Part shown: positions 15,720 to 22,998 of the stretch, one piece after another
Numbering within the stretch: the stretch's first letter is position 1
How the letters are laid out: each line of letters starts with the position of its first letter
NCBI GenBank assembly: GCA_964514805.1
Contig: CAZERP010000002.1
Span: 1 to 46,608, forward strand
Length of the DNA: 46,608 bases
Reading direction: 5' to 3'
Origin: Candidatus Micrarchaeota archaeon
GTDB lineage: Archaea; Micrarchaeota; Micrarchaeia; Norongarragalinales; UBA8480
Position numbers and translations under genes: made by a program
Notes under the pieces: generated by a model
The model's database searches: none
The model's input: the letters and a program-made list of their open reading frames with translations, nothing else
What the model was told of the DNA's origin: nothing

Positions 15720-16799
15720 GTGTTAATATTGTTGCTATTCTTTATGGACGTAACCTCGTTTTTATCTTCTTTTTCGCAAAATTCACTAGTGCGTTTACTT
15801 GACGTACCTATTGCGGACGCGTATTTTGTTTTTCTTGTGTTGCCGCTTGTGTTTTTGGTTTTGGCGCTTTACTTTTATTTTGTTAAAAAGGACGTTAAAA
15901 CCGTCAAAGTTTTGCTCTTATCTCTTTTGTTAGCTGGGGTTTTGTCGATTGCTTTAAAGAGCATCTATCATGAAGCAAGGCCATGCGCAGGACTACTGGA
16001 ATGTAATTCTGATTTTGGTTTTCCATCTAGTCATGCTAGTGTGACTTTTGCAATTGCTTTTGCACTTATTGGCACTGAAATGTTTTTACCTGCACTTATT
16101 TTTGCGCTTTATGCTTCGATTATGCGCGTTTTGACTGGTTTACATAGTTTTCCTCAAATTGTCGCCGGAGCGGTTCTTGGAGTTATTTCGGCTATTTTGA
16201 TTCGTGATTTACTAATTAAGAACTTAGAAAAGGTAAAACAGGCTAGAAATGAAAGTATACGTCAAGTTGTTCATTTTTTGAGCGCTGTTTTTGGAATTGC
16301 GCTGTTTTATGTTTTTGATTTTGAGGTCGCGGTTCTTATTTTGAGTGTTGTTTTGATTGCGGGCATTGTGCTATTTAGTTTTGTTCAAAGTAATCGTCTT
16401 AGTTTTTTGGTTAAGCGCATCTCTCATTTAGAACGCAGCGGGGATCTTATCGGCAGGGGCGCGTTGAGTCTTTGTCTTGGAGTAATGTTTACGCTTCTGT
16501 TTTCTAGACCGCTTCAAGATGCTTTTGCAGTGGTTGCAATTCTTGCAGTTGCAGATGCCGCGTCTACTATTATAGGTGTTCGTTTTGGTACGCGTAAGTT
16601 TAGTTTTAATTCTAAAAAGTCAATTCAAGGAACTGCCGCATTTATAGTCGCTGGTTTTATCGCAGGTAGTCTTTTTGTTCCTATGGAGAAAGCTTTTGTT
16701 TTAGCCGCGGTTTTAGCGGTTGTTGAAATTCTTCCATTGAGAGTTGATGATAATCTTTCTATTCCAATTGTAGGCAGTTTGCTTACTTTAATTTTGTAA
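15720..16799 (+). CDS. fusion protein: PAP2 phosphatase domain + dolichol/polyprenol kinase-like (CTP-transferase-1 family) domain
   Basis: The N-terminal half carries PAP2 motifs 'KSIYHEARP' (Kx6RP), 'PSSH' and 'MRVLTGLHSFPQIVAG' (the usual Asp of SRx5Hx3D is Gln). The C-terminal half carries 'AVADAASTIIGVRFGTRKF..SKKSIQGTAAFIVAGF' and 'VVEILPLRVDDNLSIPIV', as in SEC59/dolichol kinase (COG0170). The start is uncertain (GTG at 15720 or ATG at 15744). Confidence 0.7.
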   Translation: MLILLLFFMDVTSFLSSFSQNSLVRLLDVPIADAYFVFLVLPLVFLVLALYFYFVKKDVKTVKVLLLSLLLAGVLSIALKSIYHEARPCAGLLECNSDFGFPSSHASVTFAIAFALIGTEMFLPALIFALYASIMRVLTGLHSFPQIVAGAVLGVISAILIRDLLIKNLEKVKQARNESIRQVVHFLSAVFGIALFYVFDFEVAVLILSVVLIAGIVLFSFVQSNRLSFLVKRISHLERSGDLIGRGALSLCLGVMFTLLFSRPLQDAFAVVAILAVADAASTIIGVRFGTRKFSFNSKKSIQGTAAFIVAGFIAGSLFVPMEKAFVLAAVLAVVEILPLRVDDNLSIPIVGSLLTLIL

Positions 16800-16818
16800 A
16801 AGGTGTTTTTTTGAAATA

Positions 16819-17457
16819 ATGAAGGGCGTTTTTATTGTTATTGAAGGTATTGATGGCGCAGGTAAGGGCAACGTGATGATGCGCTTGCAAGAATACATTA
16901 TGGGTAAAAGTAAAAAGTACGATCATTTGCTTTTAACTCGTGAGCCGACTTTTGGCCCGATTGGTAGTAAAGCACGTGAGCTATTAGCTAATGAATCGGA
17001 TCCATATAAAAATGCACAGTTGTGTTTGAAATTATATACGGATGATCGTAAGTGGCATTGTAAGGAGCACATAAAGCCTGCATTAGATAAAGACTACGTT
17101 GTTTTGTGTGACAGGTATAAGTATTCTACTTATGTTTTTCAACAAACTCAAGGTTTATCTGTAGATGACATACATGCGGCACATACGGGCGTTTTGATTC
17201 CTGATTTAACGATTGTTTTAGATGTAGACGTACAAGTTGCACTTTCACGTATGAATGGCGAGAATCGCGGTGGGTCGAAGGCAGGAGAGAAGTTTGAAAA
17301 AAGAGAATTTATGGAAAAACTTAAGGAGAAGTATCTTGAGTTACCTAAGCTGTTTCCAAGTGAAAAGATTGTTGTGATTAACGCGAATTTTTCTAAAGAA
17401 CAAGTAGCACAAGAAGCGATTAAAGCACTTGAAAACGCGAAAGTATTACCTTGGTGA
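16819..17457 (+). CDS. tmk: thymidylate kinase
   Basis: P-loop 'IVIEGIDGAGKG', 'LTREPT' and 'CDRYKYSTYVFQ' (DRY/S..AYQ motif). 212 aa. Confidence 0.9.
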   Translation: MKGVFIVIEGIDGAGKGNVMMRLQEYIMGKSKKYDHLLLTREPTFGPIGSKARELLANESDPYKNAQLCLKLYTDDRKWHCKEHIKPALDKDYVVLCDRYKYSTYVFQQTQGLSVDDIHAAHTGVLIPDLTIVLDVDVQVALSRMNGENRGGSKAGEKFEKREFMEKLKEKYLELPKLFPSEKIVVINANFSKEQVAQEAIKALENAKVLPW

Positions 17458-17465
17458 AATTAATT

Positions 17466-17867
17466 ATGGCTGATTGTGTTTTTTGTAAAGTTGTAAAGGG
17501 CGAGTTGCCTTCGTATAAAATTTATGAGGATGAAAAGACGCTTGCTTTTCTTGACATTTATCCCGTCTACAAAGGGCATACACTTGTAATTCCTAAAATA
17601 CATACGGAAAGTATTAGTGATATTTCGCAAAGTGATTTAGCAGCAGTCGCAGCGGCTAGTAAAAAGGTTGCTAAATTGCTTAAAGAGAAGTTAAATTATG
17701 ATGGAGTTAATTTAGTTCAATCTAATGGCAAAGCAGCAAGTCAAGTTGTCATGCATTTTCACATGCATGTAGTTCCACGTTTCACAGGAGATGGTTTGAA
17801 TTTGTGGACGCATGGCGAAAAACCAAGTTTTGATTTAAAGAAAATTCACGAAGAAATCACAAAATAG
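17466..17867 (+). CDS. HIT (histidine triad) family hydrolase
   Basis: 'CVFCKVVKGELP', 'GHTLVIPK' and the histidine triad 'HFHMHVVPR'. I prefer the ATG at 17466 over the track GTG at 17451. Confidence 0.9.
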   Translation: MADCVFCKVVKGELPSYKIYEDEKTLAFLDIYPVYKGHTLVIPKIHTESISDISQSDLAAVAAASKKVAKLLKEKLNYDGVNLVQSNGKAASQVVMHFHMHVVPRFTGDGLNLWTHGEKPSFDLKKIHEEITK

Positions 17868-18030
17868 GCGTTAAACGCAGTTAATAAAAACACTTACTTT
17901 CCTTATTTATTTACTAATTTTTTAGTCATTTTAAGAAAACTTGTTTACAGATAGCGCGTCTTTTTTCCTTGACGGGGATGTGCCAGAACGAGTGATCTTT
18001 TAGAGACTGTATTTTTTGAATCACTTTTTT

Positions 18031-18105
18031 GCTCCAATCGTCTAGTTCGGTCAAGGACATCGGCCTTTCAAGCCGCTAACCCGGGTTCAAATCCCGGCTG
18101 GAGCA
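18031..18105 (+). tRNA. tRNA-Glu(UUC)
   Basis: GCTCCAA-TC-GTCT-AGTTCGGTCAA-GGAC-A-TCGGC-CTTTCAA-GCCGC-TAAC-CCGGG-TTCAAAT-CCCGG-CTGGAGC-A. 75 nt. It has two mismatches (A7-C66 and U27-C43). A T8 run follows at 18106-18113. Confidence 0.85.
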
Positions 18106-18128
18106 TTTTTTTTATTAGGGTTTTAGCG

Positions 18129-18596
18129 TTAGCGCTTTAGTTTGGCTTTGAGTTGTTCTATTTCTTGTTCTTTTTGTTTTAGTTCAGTCACGTCGTTTGC
18201 TATGCTCATTATTCTTTTGGTTTTGTCTGAACTTTGTACTATTTTAGTTATACTACGTATCCATGCAGTTTTTCCGTTTTTGGTTTTTATTCTATAAGTA
18301 ATATCATAGGGTATATTGTTTTGTTTGAGTTGCATTATGCTTTGTACTAGTCGATCTTTGTCTTCTAGGTATACTGCGTCGAACCATTCTTGTGGTGATT
18401 CGCGTATTTTTTTTGGGTCATAACCCCATAGTTTAGTGAGGGCTGGGCTTATGTACATTATTTTATCTGGGTTATTTGCGTCTAATATCCAGAATACTTC
18501 GCTAGCTTCGTTTACGATTGGTTTAAGACATTCGTATAGTTGTAGTGATTCTTCTATTGAGTTTTTTATTTTGGGAAAGTCTACTTTGCCGGTCAT
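18129..18596 (-). CDS. stand-alone PAS/PAC sensor domain protein with C-terminal coiled coil
   Basis: 155 aa. 'FWILDANNPDKIMYISPALTKLWGYDPKKI', 'YDITYRIKTKNGKTAWIRS' and 'IMSIANDVTELKQKEQEIEQLK' form a typical PAS-PAC layout. No output domain is present. An SD-like aggtg lies 7 nt upstream. Confidence 0.8.
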   Translation of the reverse strand: MTGKVDFPKIKNSIEESLQLYECLKPIVNEASEVFWILDANNPDKIMYISPALTKLWGYDPKKIRESPQEWFDAVYLEDKDRLVQSIMQLKQNNIPYDITYRIKTKNGKTAWIRSITKIVQSSDKTKRIMSIANDVTELKQKEQEIEQLKAKLKR

Positions 18597-18693
18597 AAAT
18601 TAACACCTAGTCGTTAAAAAAAAATTCTTTTTTAGTGGATGTAAATAACGGTTTTTGCCTTAAAAAGATTAGTAGTATGAAAAGTTCGTTTTT

Positions 18694-18786
18694 TTATTTT
18701 GTTTTTGGTGTGCCGGTTATTGCTATGAAGAATATGATTATCCAGAAGAGTAGTTCGAATTGTTCTTTGAGTGTAAATAGTAACAT
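18694..18786 (-). CDS. mini-ORF B, 30-aa single-TM peptide (candidate)
   Basis: MLLFTLKEQFELLFWIIIFFIAITGTPKTK. ATG start and TAA stop. It lies 8 nt downstream of mini-ORF A and shares 'FELLFW', a hydrophobic core and a basic tail with it. Below the ORF-track cutoff. Coding status is not proven. Confidence 0.35.
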   Translation of the reverse strand: MLLFTLKEQFELLFWIIIFFIAITGTPKTK

Positions 18787-18794
18787 TTTTTTGT

Positions 18795-18881
18795 TTATTT
18801 GGATCCTTTGGAGGGTATTGCTATTGCTAGGAGAAAAACTAAAGCCCAAAATAGTAGTTCGAATATTTCCCTAAACTCCAT
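18795..18881 (-). CDS. mini-ORF A, 28-aa single-TM peptide (candidate)
   Basis: MEFREIFELLFWALVFLLAIAIPSKGSK. ATG start and TAA stop. Paralogous to mini-ORF B. The listed + ORF 18635..18874 covers the same DNA on the other strand and looks like a shadow. Confidence 0.35.
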   Translation of the reverse strand: MEFREIFELLFWALVFLLAIAIPSKGSK

Positions 18882-18969
18882 ATTTTCTATTAAACAAGTA
18901 GAACAGATTAATCTTTTCATAACCCGCAATATATTGTTTTAAAGTCTAAGCGTGTTTTTCTTAGTAATT

Positions 18970-19974
18970 ATGGCTGTTTTTGAATGGGCTCATCGCAATG
19001 GTTTTGTTAAAACATATACTGATAACAATAGAACCCCCCACACTGTGATTAGACTTGCCAATGGTAATTTACTTGTTAATGAGTTTAAGGCTGAAATTCG
19101 AAAAGCTGGTGGTCTTTTGAACTTTTTAGCAATGGAAAACACCCCTGTTCCTATTTTGTATGAAACTATGACTCGTTGGAGTCATGAAGATGGCGCGCCT
19201 AAGTTTTTTTTAAGTCACCCGGCTGTTCTTAGGCATGAGGTTTTGAAAGTTTTAAACGGGCAGAAGTTAGTTAAGCGAATTAAAGATAAGAATGGCAAAC
19301 GTCATCCGGTGGTTATTTTGGATAAAGCTTTTCAAAAGATTCCGGGAGGTAAGCGTTTTGTTGACGTGATGAAGAATTATCATGGCGGCGAACTTGAGTT
19401 GCCGCGGATTTTAGGGATTCCTGTTTTATATCGAAGTGGCTCGCAGGGTAATGATAATCATTACTTGAGTAATGATTTGGTTTTTAGAAATGAGTTTTTG
19501 AAATTTGCGCGCAGGCATAAGCTCTTCAAAAGGTTTGTAGATGCTAAAGGCGAGGTACATAGATTGATTGTTTTGCCTGGAAAGCTTAGGGACACTCCTA
19601 GTGGTCGGAGTTTTGAAAATGCGCTTCAAAGACGTGCTAAAAAAACTAAAAGGTCTATGGGCGAACATTTGACTAGTTTAGTTGAAGTTCCAATTGTAGC
19701 AAATTATAGAGGTAATTCGGAAGATAATTCGTCTATTCCGACGTATTTGTCGCATCCGGCTGTTTTTAATCACGAGTTTAGGCAGTTAGCTGCAAGTAAA
19801 GGATTGCTCAAACGAGTTAGTGGTGAAGATGTTTTAGAAGTGCCGCATACTAATTTGCATGCGTTTTTGCGCGAACACTTTGAACCATATTTACACGTGA
19901 TGATTAGATATTATAATGGTAGTAATAAAAATAATTTAGAAAGTTTAACTGGTTTAAAAATCCGCACAAGGTAA
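18970..19974 (+). CDS. hypothetical protein built of about four degenerate 80-90-aa repeats
   Basis: Repeat starts are 'FEWAHRNGFVKTYTD', 'FLSHPAVLRHEVLKVLNGQKLVKRIKD', 'YLSNDLVFRNEFLKFARRHKLFKRFVD' and 'YLSHPAVFNHEFRQLAASKGLLKRVSG'. I prefer the ATG at 18970 over the GTG at 18952. Confidence 0.65.
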   Translation: MAVFEWAHRNGFVKTYTDNNRTPHTVIRLANGNLLVNEFKAEIRKAGGLLNFLAMENTPVPILYETMTRWSHEDGAPKFFLSHPAVLRHEVLKVLNGQKLVKRIKDKNGKRHPVVILDKAFQKIPGGKRFVDVMKNYHGGELELPRILGIPVLYRSGSQGNDNHYLSNDLVFRNEFLKFARRHKLFKRFVDAKGEVHRLIVLPGKLRDTPSGRSFENALQRRAKKTKRSMGEHLTSLVEVPIVANYRGNSEDNSSIPTYLSHPAVFNHEFRQLAASKGLLKRVSGEDVLEVPHTNLHAFLREHFEPYLHVMIRYYNGSNKNNLESLTGLKIRTR

Positions 19975-19982
19975 GGTTTTAG

Positions 19983-20900
19983 TTAGAGGTTGTTTCGTAT
20001 TACGCGTTCTATGTCGAATGCTATTCCTTTGGGTTGTGAGGTTATTTCTTCTGTTGTCATTAGGGCTTTTGCTATGCAGAGTAGTTCTTCTTTTCCGGTG
20101 TAGATTGCTACTAATTCGTCTTTTTTGATTCCTTTGGATAACGCGTTGATTCCGGGAATGGCTAGGTCTGCTCCGGTTGTTATGGGTTTTATTGCTCCGT
20201 CTGATACGATTACTTTTTTGAGGCCTGTTACGTCTTCGATGTTGTGGATGTGTTTTGATAATTCATCTTTGCCTTGTTCTTTGTATAGCCACCATAGGTC
20301 GGATAGTTCTTGTAGGGTTATGCAGTTTTTTTCTGTGAATTTTCCGGCTTTGGTTCTTCGTAGTTCAGTCATTTCGGCTTTTGCGCCAGTTAGTTCTCCG
20401 AAGTCAAAACAAAGGTTACGAATATACGTTCCGGCTTGTACATTTGCGCGATACAAAACGCAGTTGTCTTTTACTTCGATTACTTCTAGTTCGTGTACTT
20501 TTCTTGTGCGTAGTCGTTTGGCTACTGCGCTTGCAAGTGGCGGGGTTTGGTATATTTCTCCGCGGAAGTTATCCATTACTTGTTCTACTTTGTTAAGTGG
20601 AAGGGGTTTTTCGATTGTCATTAGGCAGACGTATTCTTTGTCTTTGTCTGCTAGGTAGTTGGCGGCTTTGGTTGAGTCGTTGAATAGAATTGTTAGTACT
20701 CCTGATACGTTATAGTCTAGTGTTCCAGTGTGACCGGTTTTGCCAGTTTCTAGTATGTTTTTTACGAATGCTGAGACTTCGTGGCTTGTTGGCCCTACGG
20801 GTTTGTCTACGCAGAGTACGCCTGTTTGGAGTTTTTCTTCTAAGTTGCGTTCTGATGGCTTTTTGCCGGCAATATATTTCTCTTGACGAAGGATAATCAT
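19983..20900 (-). CDS. cbf5: tRNA/rRNA pseudouridine synthase Cbf5 (archaeal TruB with PUA domain)
   Basis: 'GVLCVDKPVGPTSHEV', the catalytic 'GHTGTLDYNVSGVL', and a C-terminal PUA-like region 'VIVSDGAIKPITTGADLAIPGI'. 305 aa. Confidence 0.9.
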   Translation of the reverse strand: MIILRQEKYIAGKKPSERNLEEKLQTGVLCVDKPVGPTSHEVSAFVKNILETGKTGHTGTLDYNVSGVLTILFNDSTKAANYLADKDKEYVCLMTIEKPLPLNKVEQVMDNFRGEIYQTPPLASAVAKRLRTRKVHELEVIEVKDNCVLYRANVQAGTYIRNLCFDFGELTGAKAEMTELRRTKAGKFTEKNCITLQELSDLWWLYKEQGKDELSKHIHNIEDVTGLKKVIVSDGAIKPITTGADLAIPGINALSKGIKKDELVAIYTGKEELLCIAKALMTTEEITSQPKGIAFDIERVIRNNL

Positions 20901-20943
20901 ATATTTAAAATTACTAACAATATTAGTAGATTGTTACCATTTT

Positions 20944-21639
20944 ATGCCTTTGGAATTAATTGAAAGTAAGGTAGAATACAGGGGCGCTAATTATGAAATT
21001 AAGCATTTACCCTTAATTGACGCGCAGGAGATTATTCGCACAGTAAACTCTACTCCATTAGATATTGTTGGAATTTATCCTAAAGTTGAACGTTTTAATT
21101 TAGTTAAAAAAAGCGGAGTACAAATGCCCGTTGCAGTTAGGTGGATTCGAATAGGGGACTTGAATCAACCGCCTGCTGAAGATTTATTTGAAAGTTTAGT
21201 TGAAAGTGCTAAAAGGAAGGCGGCTATTGTTGAGAGTCCTATTGCTTTTATTAGAAACGCGCATAAAGTTGGTATTATTACTACTTGGAAAAAAGATACG
21301 GTGCCCATGCCTGTGTTTTTGCTTGACAAAAATGTAAGTAGCGAGCGTAAGATTAAAGCATGTGTGACGTTGTATCGCAAAATTGCGCGGTTGCATGCGG
21401 CTGGTTTTACTCATTTGCATCTTAATCCAGATAATGCGCTTGTTGATAGTAAGGATCAGGGCCATATGGTGGATTTTACGCAAATGAAGCGTTTGACTGA
21501 ATTTCGTAGATGGGTTGATTTAATTAAGTTTAGAGCAAGATTAGGTAAGTATGTGCATGGCGATTTACGTAAAGCTATTGATAGTAAATTAAGAGCCGCG
21601 TATGAATTAGAGTATGAAAAGCATAGGATGATCGTGTGA
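20944..21639 (+). CDS. RIO/Bud32-like minimal kinase-fold protein, non-canonical active site (paralogue 3 of 3)
   Basis: 231 aa with blocks 'PVAVRW', 'PIAFIR', 'LHAAGFTHLHLNPDNALV' and 'MVDFTQM' (the last is close to RIO 'IIDFPQ'). Confidence 0.6.
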   Translation: MPLELIESKVEYRGANYEIKHLPLIDAQEIIRTVNSTPLDIVGIYPKVERFNLVKKSGVQMPVAVRWIRIGDLNQPPAEDLFESLVESAKRKAAIVESPIAFIRNAHKVGIITTWKKDTVPMPVFLLDKNVSSERKIKACVTLYRKIARLHAAGFTHLHLNPDNALVDSKDQGHMVDFTQMKRLTEFRRWVDLIKFRARLGKYVHGDLRKAIDSKLRAAYELEYEKHRMIV

Positions 21640-21978
21640 ATTTTTTTGCGTAAGTAGTATTAGCTTCAACTTTTTCGAGCTATTTTGATTGAGATATACT
21701 TGGGTATAGCTTCGAGTTTTTTTAGGTTGTTTTGTGTGAAGGGTTTTGGGGCCAATTTTTATGGTCCGAGTTTTTTCTTTTTGATGTGTCCGGTTGTTCT
21801 TAGTACGAAAAAGGCTAGTAATCCGCATAAGGCCAGTAGGACATCTGATTCTAATACCATGTTTCTTTTAAGCTTGACTCCCGCTTTGGGGTAGGTTTGG
21901 TTAAAAGTGCGCTCTCGTGTTTGAGAGTGGGTTTTGTCTTGCACAGGTCAACTAAGTAGTGAACTTAGATTTGACTTG

Positions 21979-22012
21979 AAAAAAAACTGCTTTTTTCATC
22001 CCCCGATGAAAA
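21979..22012 (-). terminator. hairpin plus T8 run downstream of rpl14e
   Basis: On the minus strand: ttttcat-cggggg-atgaaaa (7-bp stem, 21993-22012), then aagcag and tttttttt (complement of 21979-21986). It lies about 86 nt after the rpl14e stop. Confidence 0.4.
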
Positions 22013-22097
22013 TTTTGTTGTTTAGTTTTAAATTAGAATAGGGTTTTTGGGTTTATATACGCGCGTTTTTAAGAGGTAAAAATTGAAGGAAAAAAGG

Positions 22098-22259
22098 TTA
22101 AATTGGTTCGAGGTGCATTACGTTGCATCTTCTTAGTTTGCCTTTTTTGTCTTTGATTTTGACGAATGTTTTGTCTACTAGTTCGGTTATTTCGACTTCT
22201 TGGCCTGCTCTTCTTCCGGTTGTTAGGATGCATTTTGCGCCTACTTGGATTGCTGTCAT
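22098..22259 (-). CDS. rpl14e: ribosomal protein L14e (short, KOW-like)
   Basis: 53-aa ORF below the track cutoff: MTAIQVGAKCILTTGRRAGQEVEITELVDKTFVKIKDKKGKLRRCNVMHLEPI. It matches the archaeal L14e pattern AIEVGR.C....GR.AG......I.D..FV........RR.N..HLEP. It sits immediately downstream of cmk, as in the conserved archaeal cmk-rpl14e-cbf5 cluster. Confidence 0.8.
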   Translation of the reverse strand: MTAIQVGAKCILTTGRRAGQEVEITELVDKTFVKIKDKKGKLRRCNVMHLEPI

Positions 22260-22295
22260 GTTTTAAGAATTACACCTTTAAATATTGCGTTTTTT

Positions 22296-22940
22296 TTATT
22301 TTTTGATTGCTTTTTGTATAGAAACAGGTAGCTTTTGTAGCTTTGTTCTATTAAGATTACGGGCGATGATGGTTTTTATTTGTTTTGAAAGGGGGTTTTC
22401 GCGTTTTAGGTTGTTGTTTGCGGCGAGTTTGGCTGCTGCGACTATTAGGGCGGCGACTTGGCTTGGCGTGAGTCGTTCCGTATTGACTACTAAGTCTAGT
22501 TCCATTCGTTCTTTGGTGATGTCTATTTTGTAGTATTCTTTGTATCTGGCGATGTTTTCTGCGTCTCTGCGGTTTGTTTCCATGCGGACTTGGTGTAGTG
22601 TTTTGTGTTTTTCTCTTGCGTGTATTCTTTTGGCTCTCTCGTTTGGTGAGGCGTGTAGCCATACTCTTAGGTCCGCGTCTGGTACTAGCCATGCGGCGAG
22701 TCTAGTTCCGACTACGCAGTTTTTGTTTTTTTCGAATATTGATATGATTTTGCTGTCAACTAGGTAGTCTATTGTCTTGTCTTTCATTGCTAGTTGCTGT
22801 ATTTGATCTAGAGTTAGGTCGCTGTCAGCAGCTAGGTTCCTGAATGTGTAGTTTATGGCGGGGATATTAAGTAATTTAGAGACGTTTGCAACGGCAGTTG
22901 TGTTGCCGCAGCCGGATAGTCCAGAAATAGCAATCTTCAT
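22296..22940 (-). CDS. cmk: cytidylate kinase (archaeal type) with C-terminal extension
   Basis: P-loop 'MKIAISGLSGCGNTT', 'GTRLAAWL' and 'RDAENIARYKEYYKIDI'. 214 aa. Its position upstream of rpl14e supports the call. Confidence 0.8.
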   Translation of the reverse strand: MKIAISGLSGCGNTTAVANVSKLLNIPAINYTFRNLAADSDLTLDQIQQLAMKDKTIDYLVDSKIISIFEKNKNCVVGTRLAAWLVPDADLRVWLHASPNERAKRIHAREKHKTLHQVRMETNRRDAENIARYKEYYKIDITKERMELDLVVNTERLTPSQVAALIVAAAKLAANNNLKRENPLSKQIKTIIARNLNRTKLQKLPVSIQKAIKK

Positions 22941-22998
22941 AAATCTATATAGCGTAAGTGGATTTAAACTTTAATGTTTTTGAAGATGATTATTTTAT

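Noticed and set aside
17930-18030. 100-nt stretch upstream of tRNA-Glu, examined as a possible second RNA gene or C/D-box sRNA
   Set aside because: It has no cloverleaf and no RUGAUGA/CUGA box pair. It is most simply promoter and leader sequence.
18635-18874. 79-aa + strand ORF from the track
   Set aside because: It has a non-ATG start and an odd composition. The same DNA encodes two neatly delimited, mutually similar ATG-initiated mini-ORFs on the minus strand, in the strand-appropriate codon dialect. Neither option is proven.
21759-21944. 61-aa minus-strand ORF from the track
   Set aside because: The N-terminal half overlaps a hairpin and starts at GTG. Only the C-terminal 33 codons (ATG at 21860) look like a possible TM mini-protein, and the support is weak. 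I mention it only within a finding.
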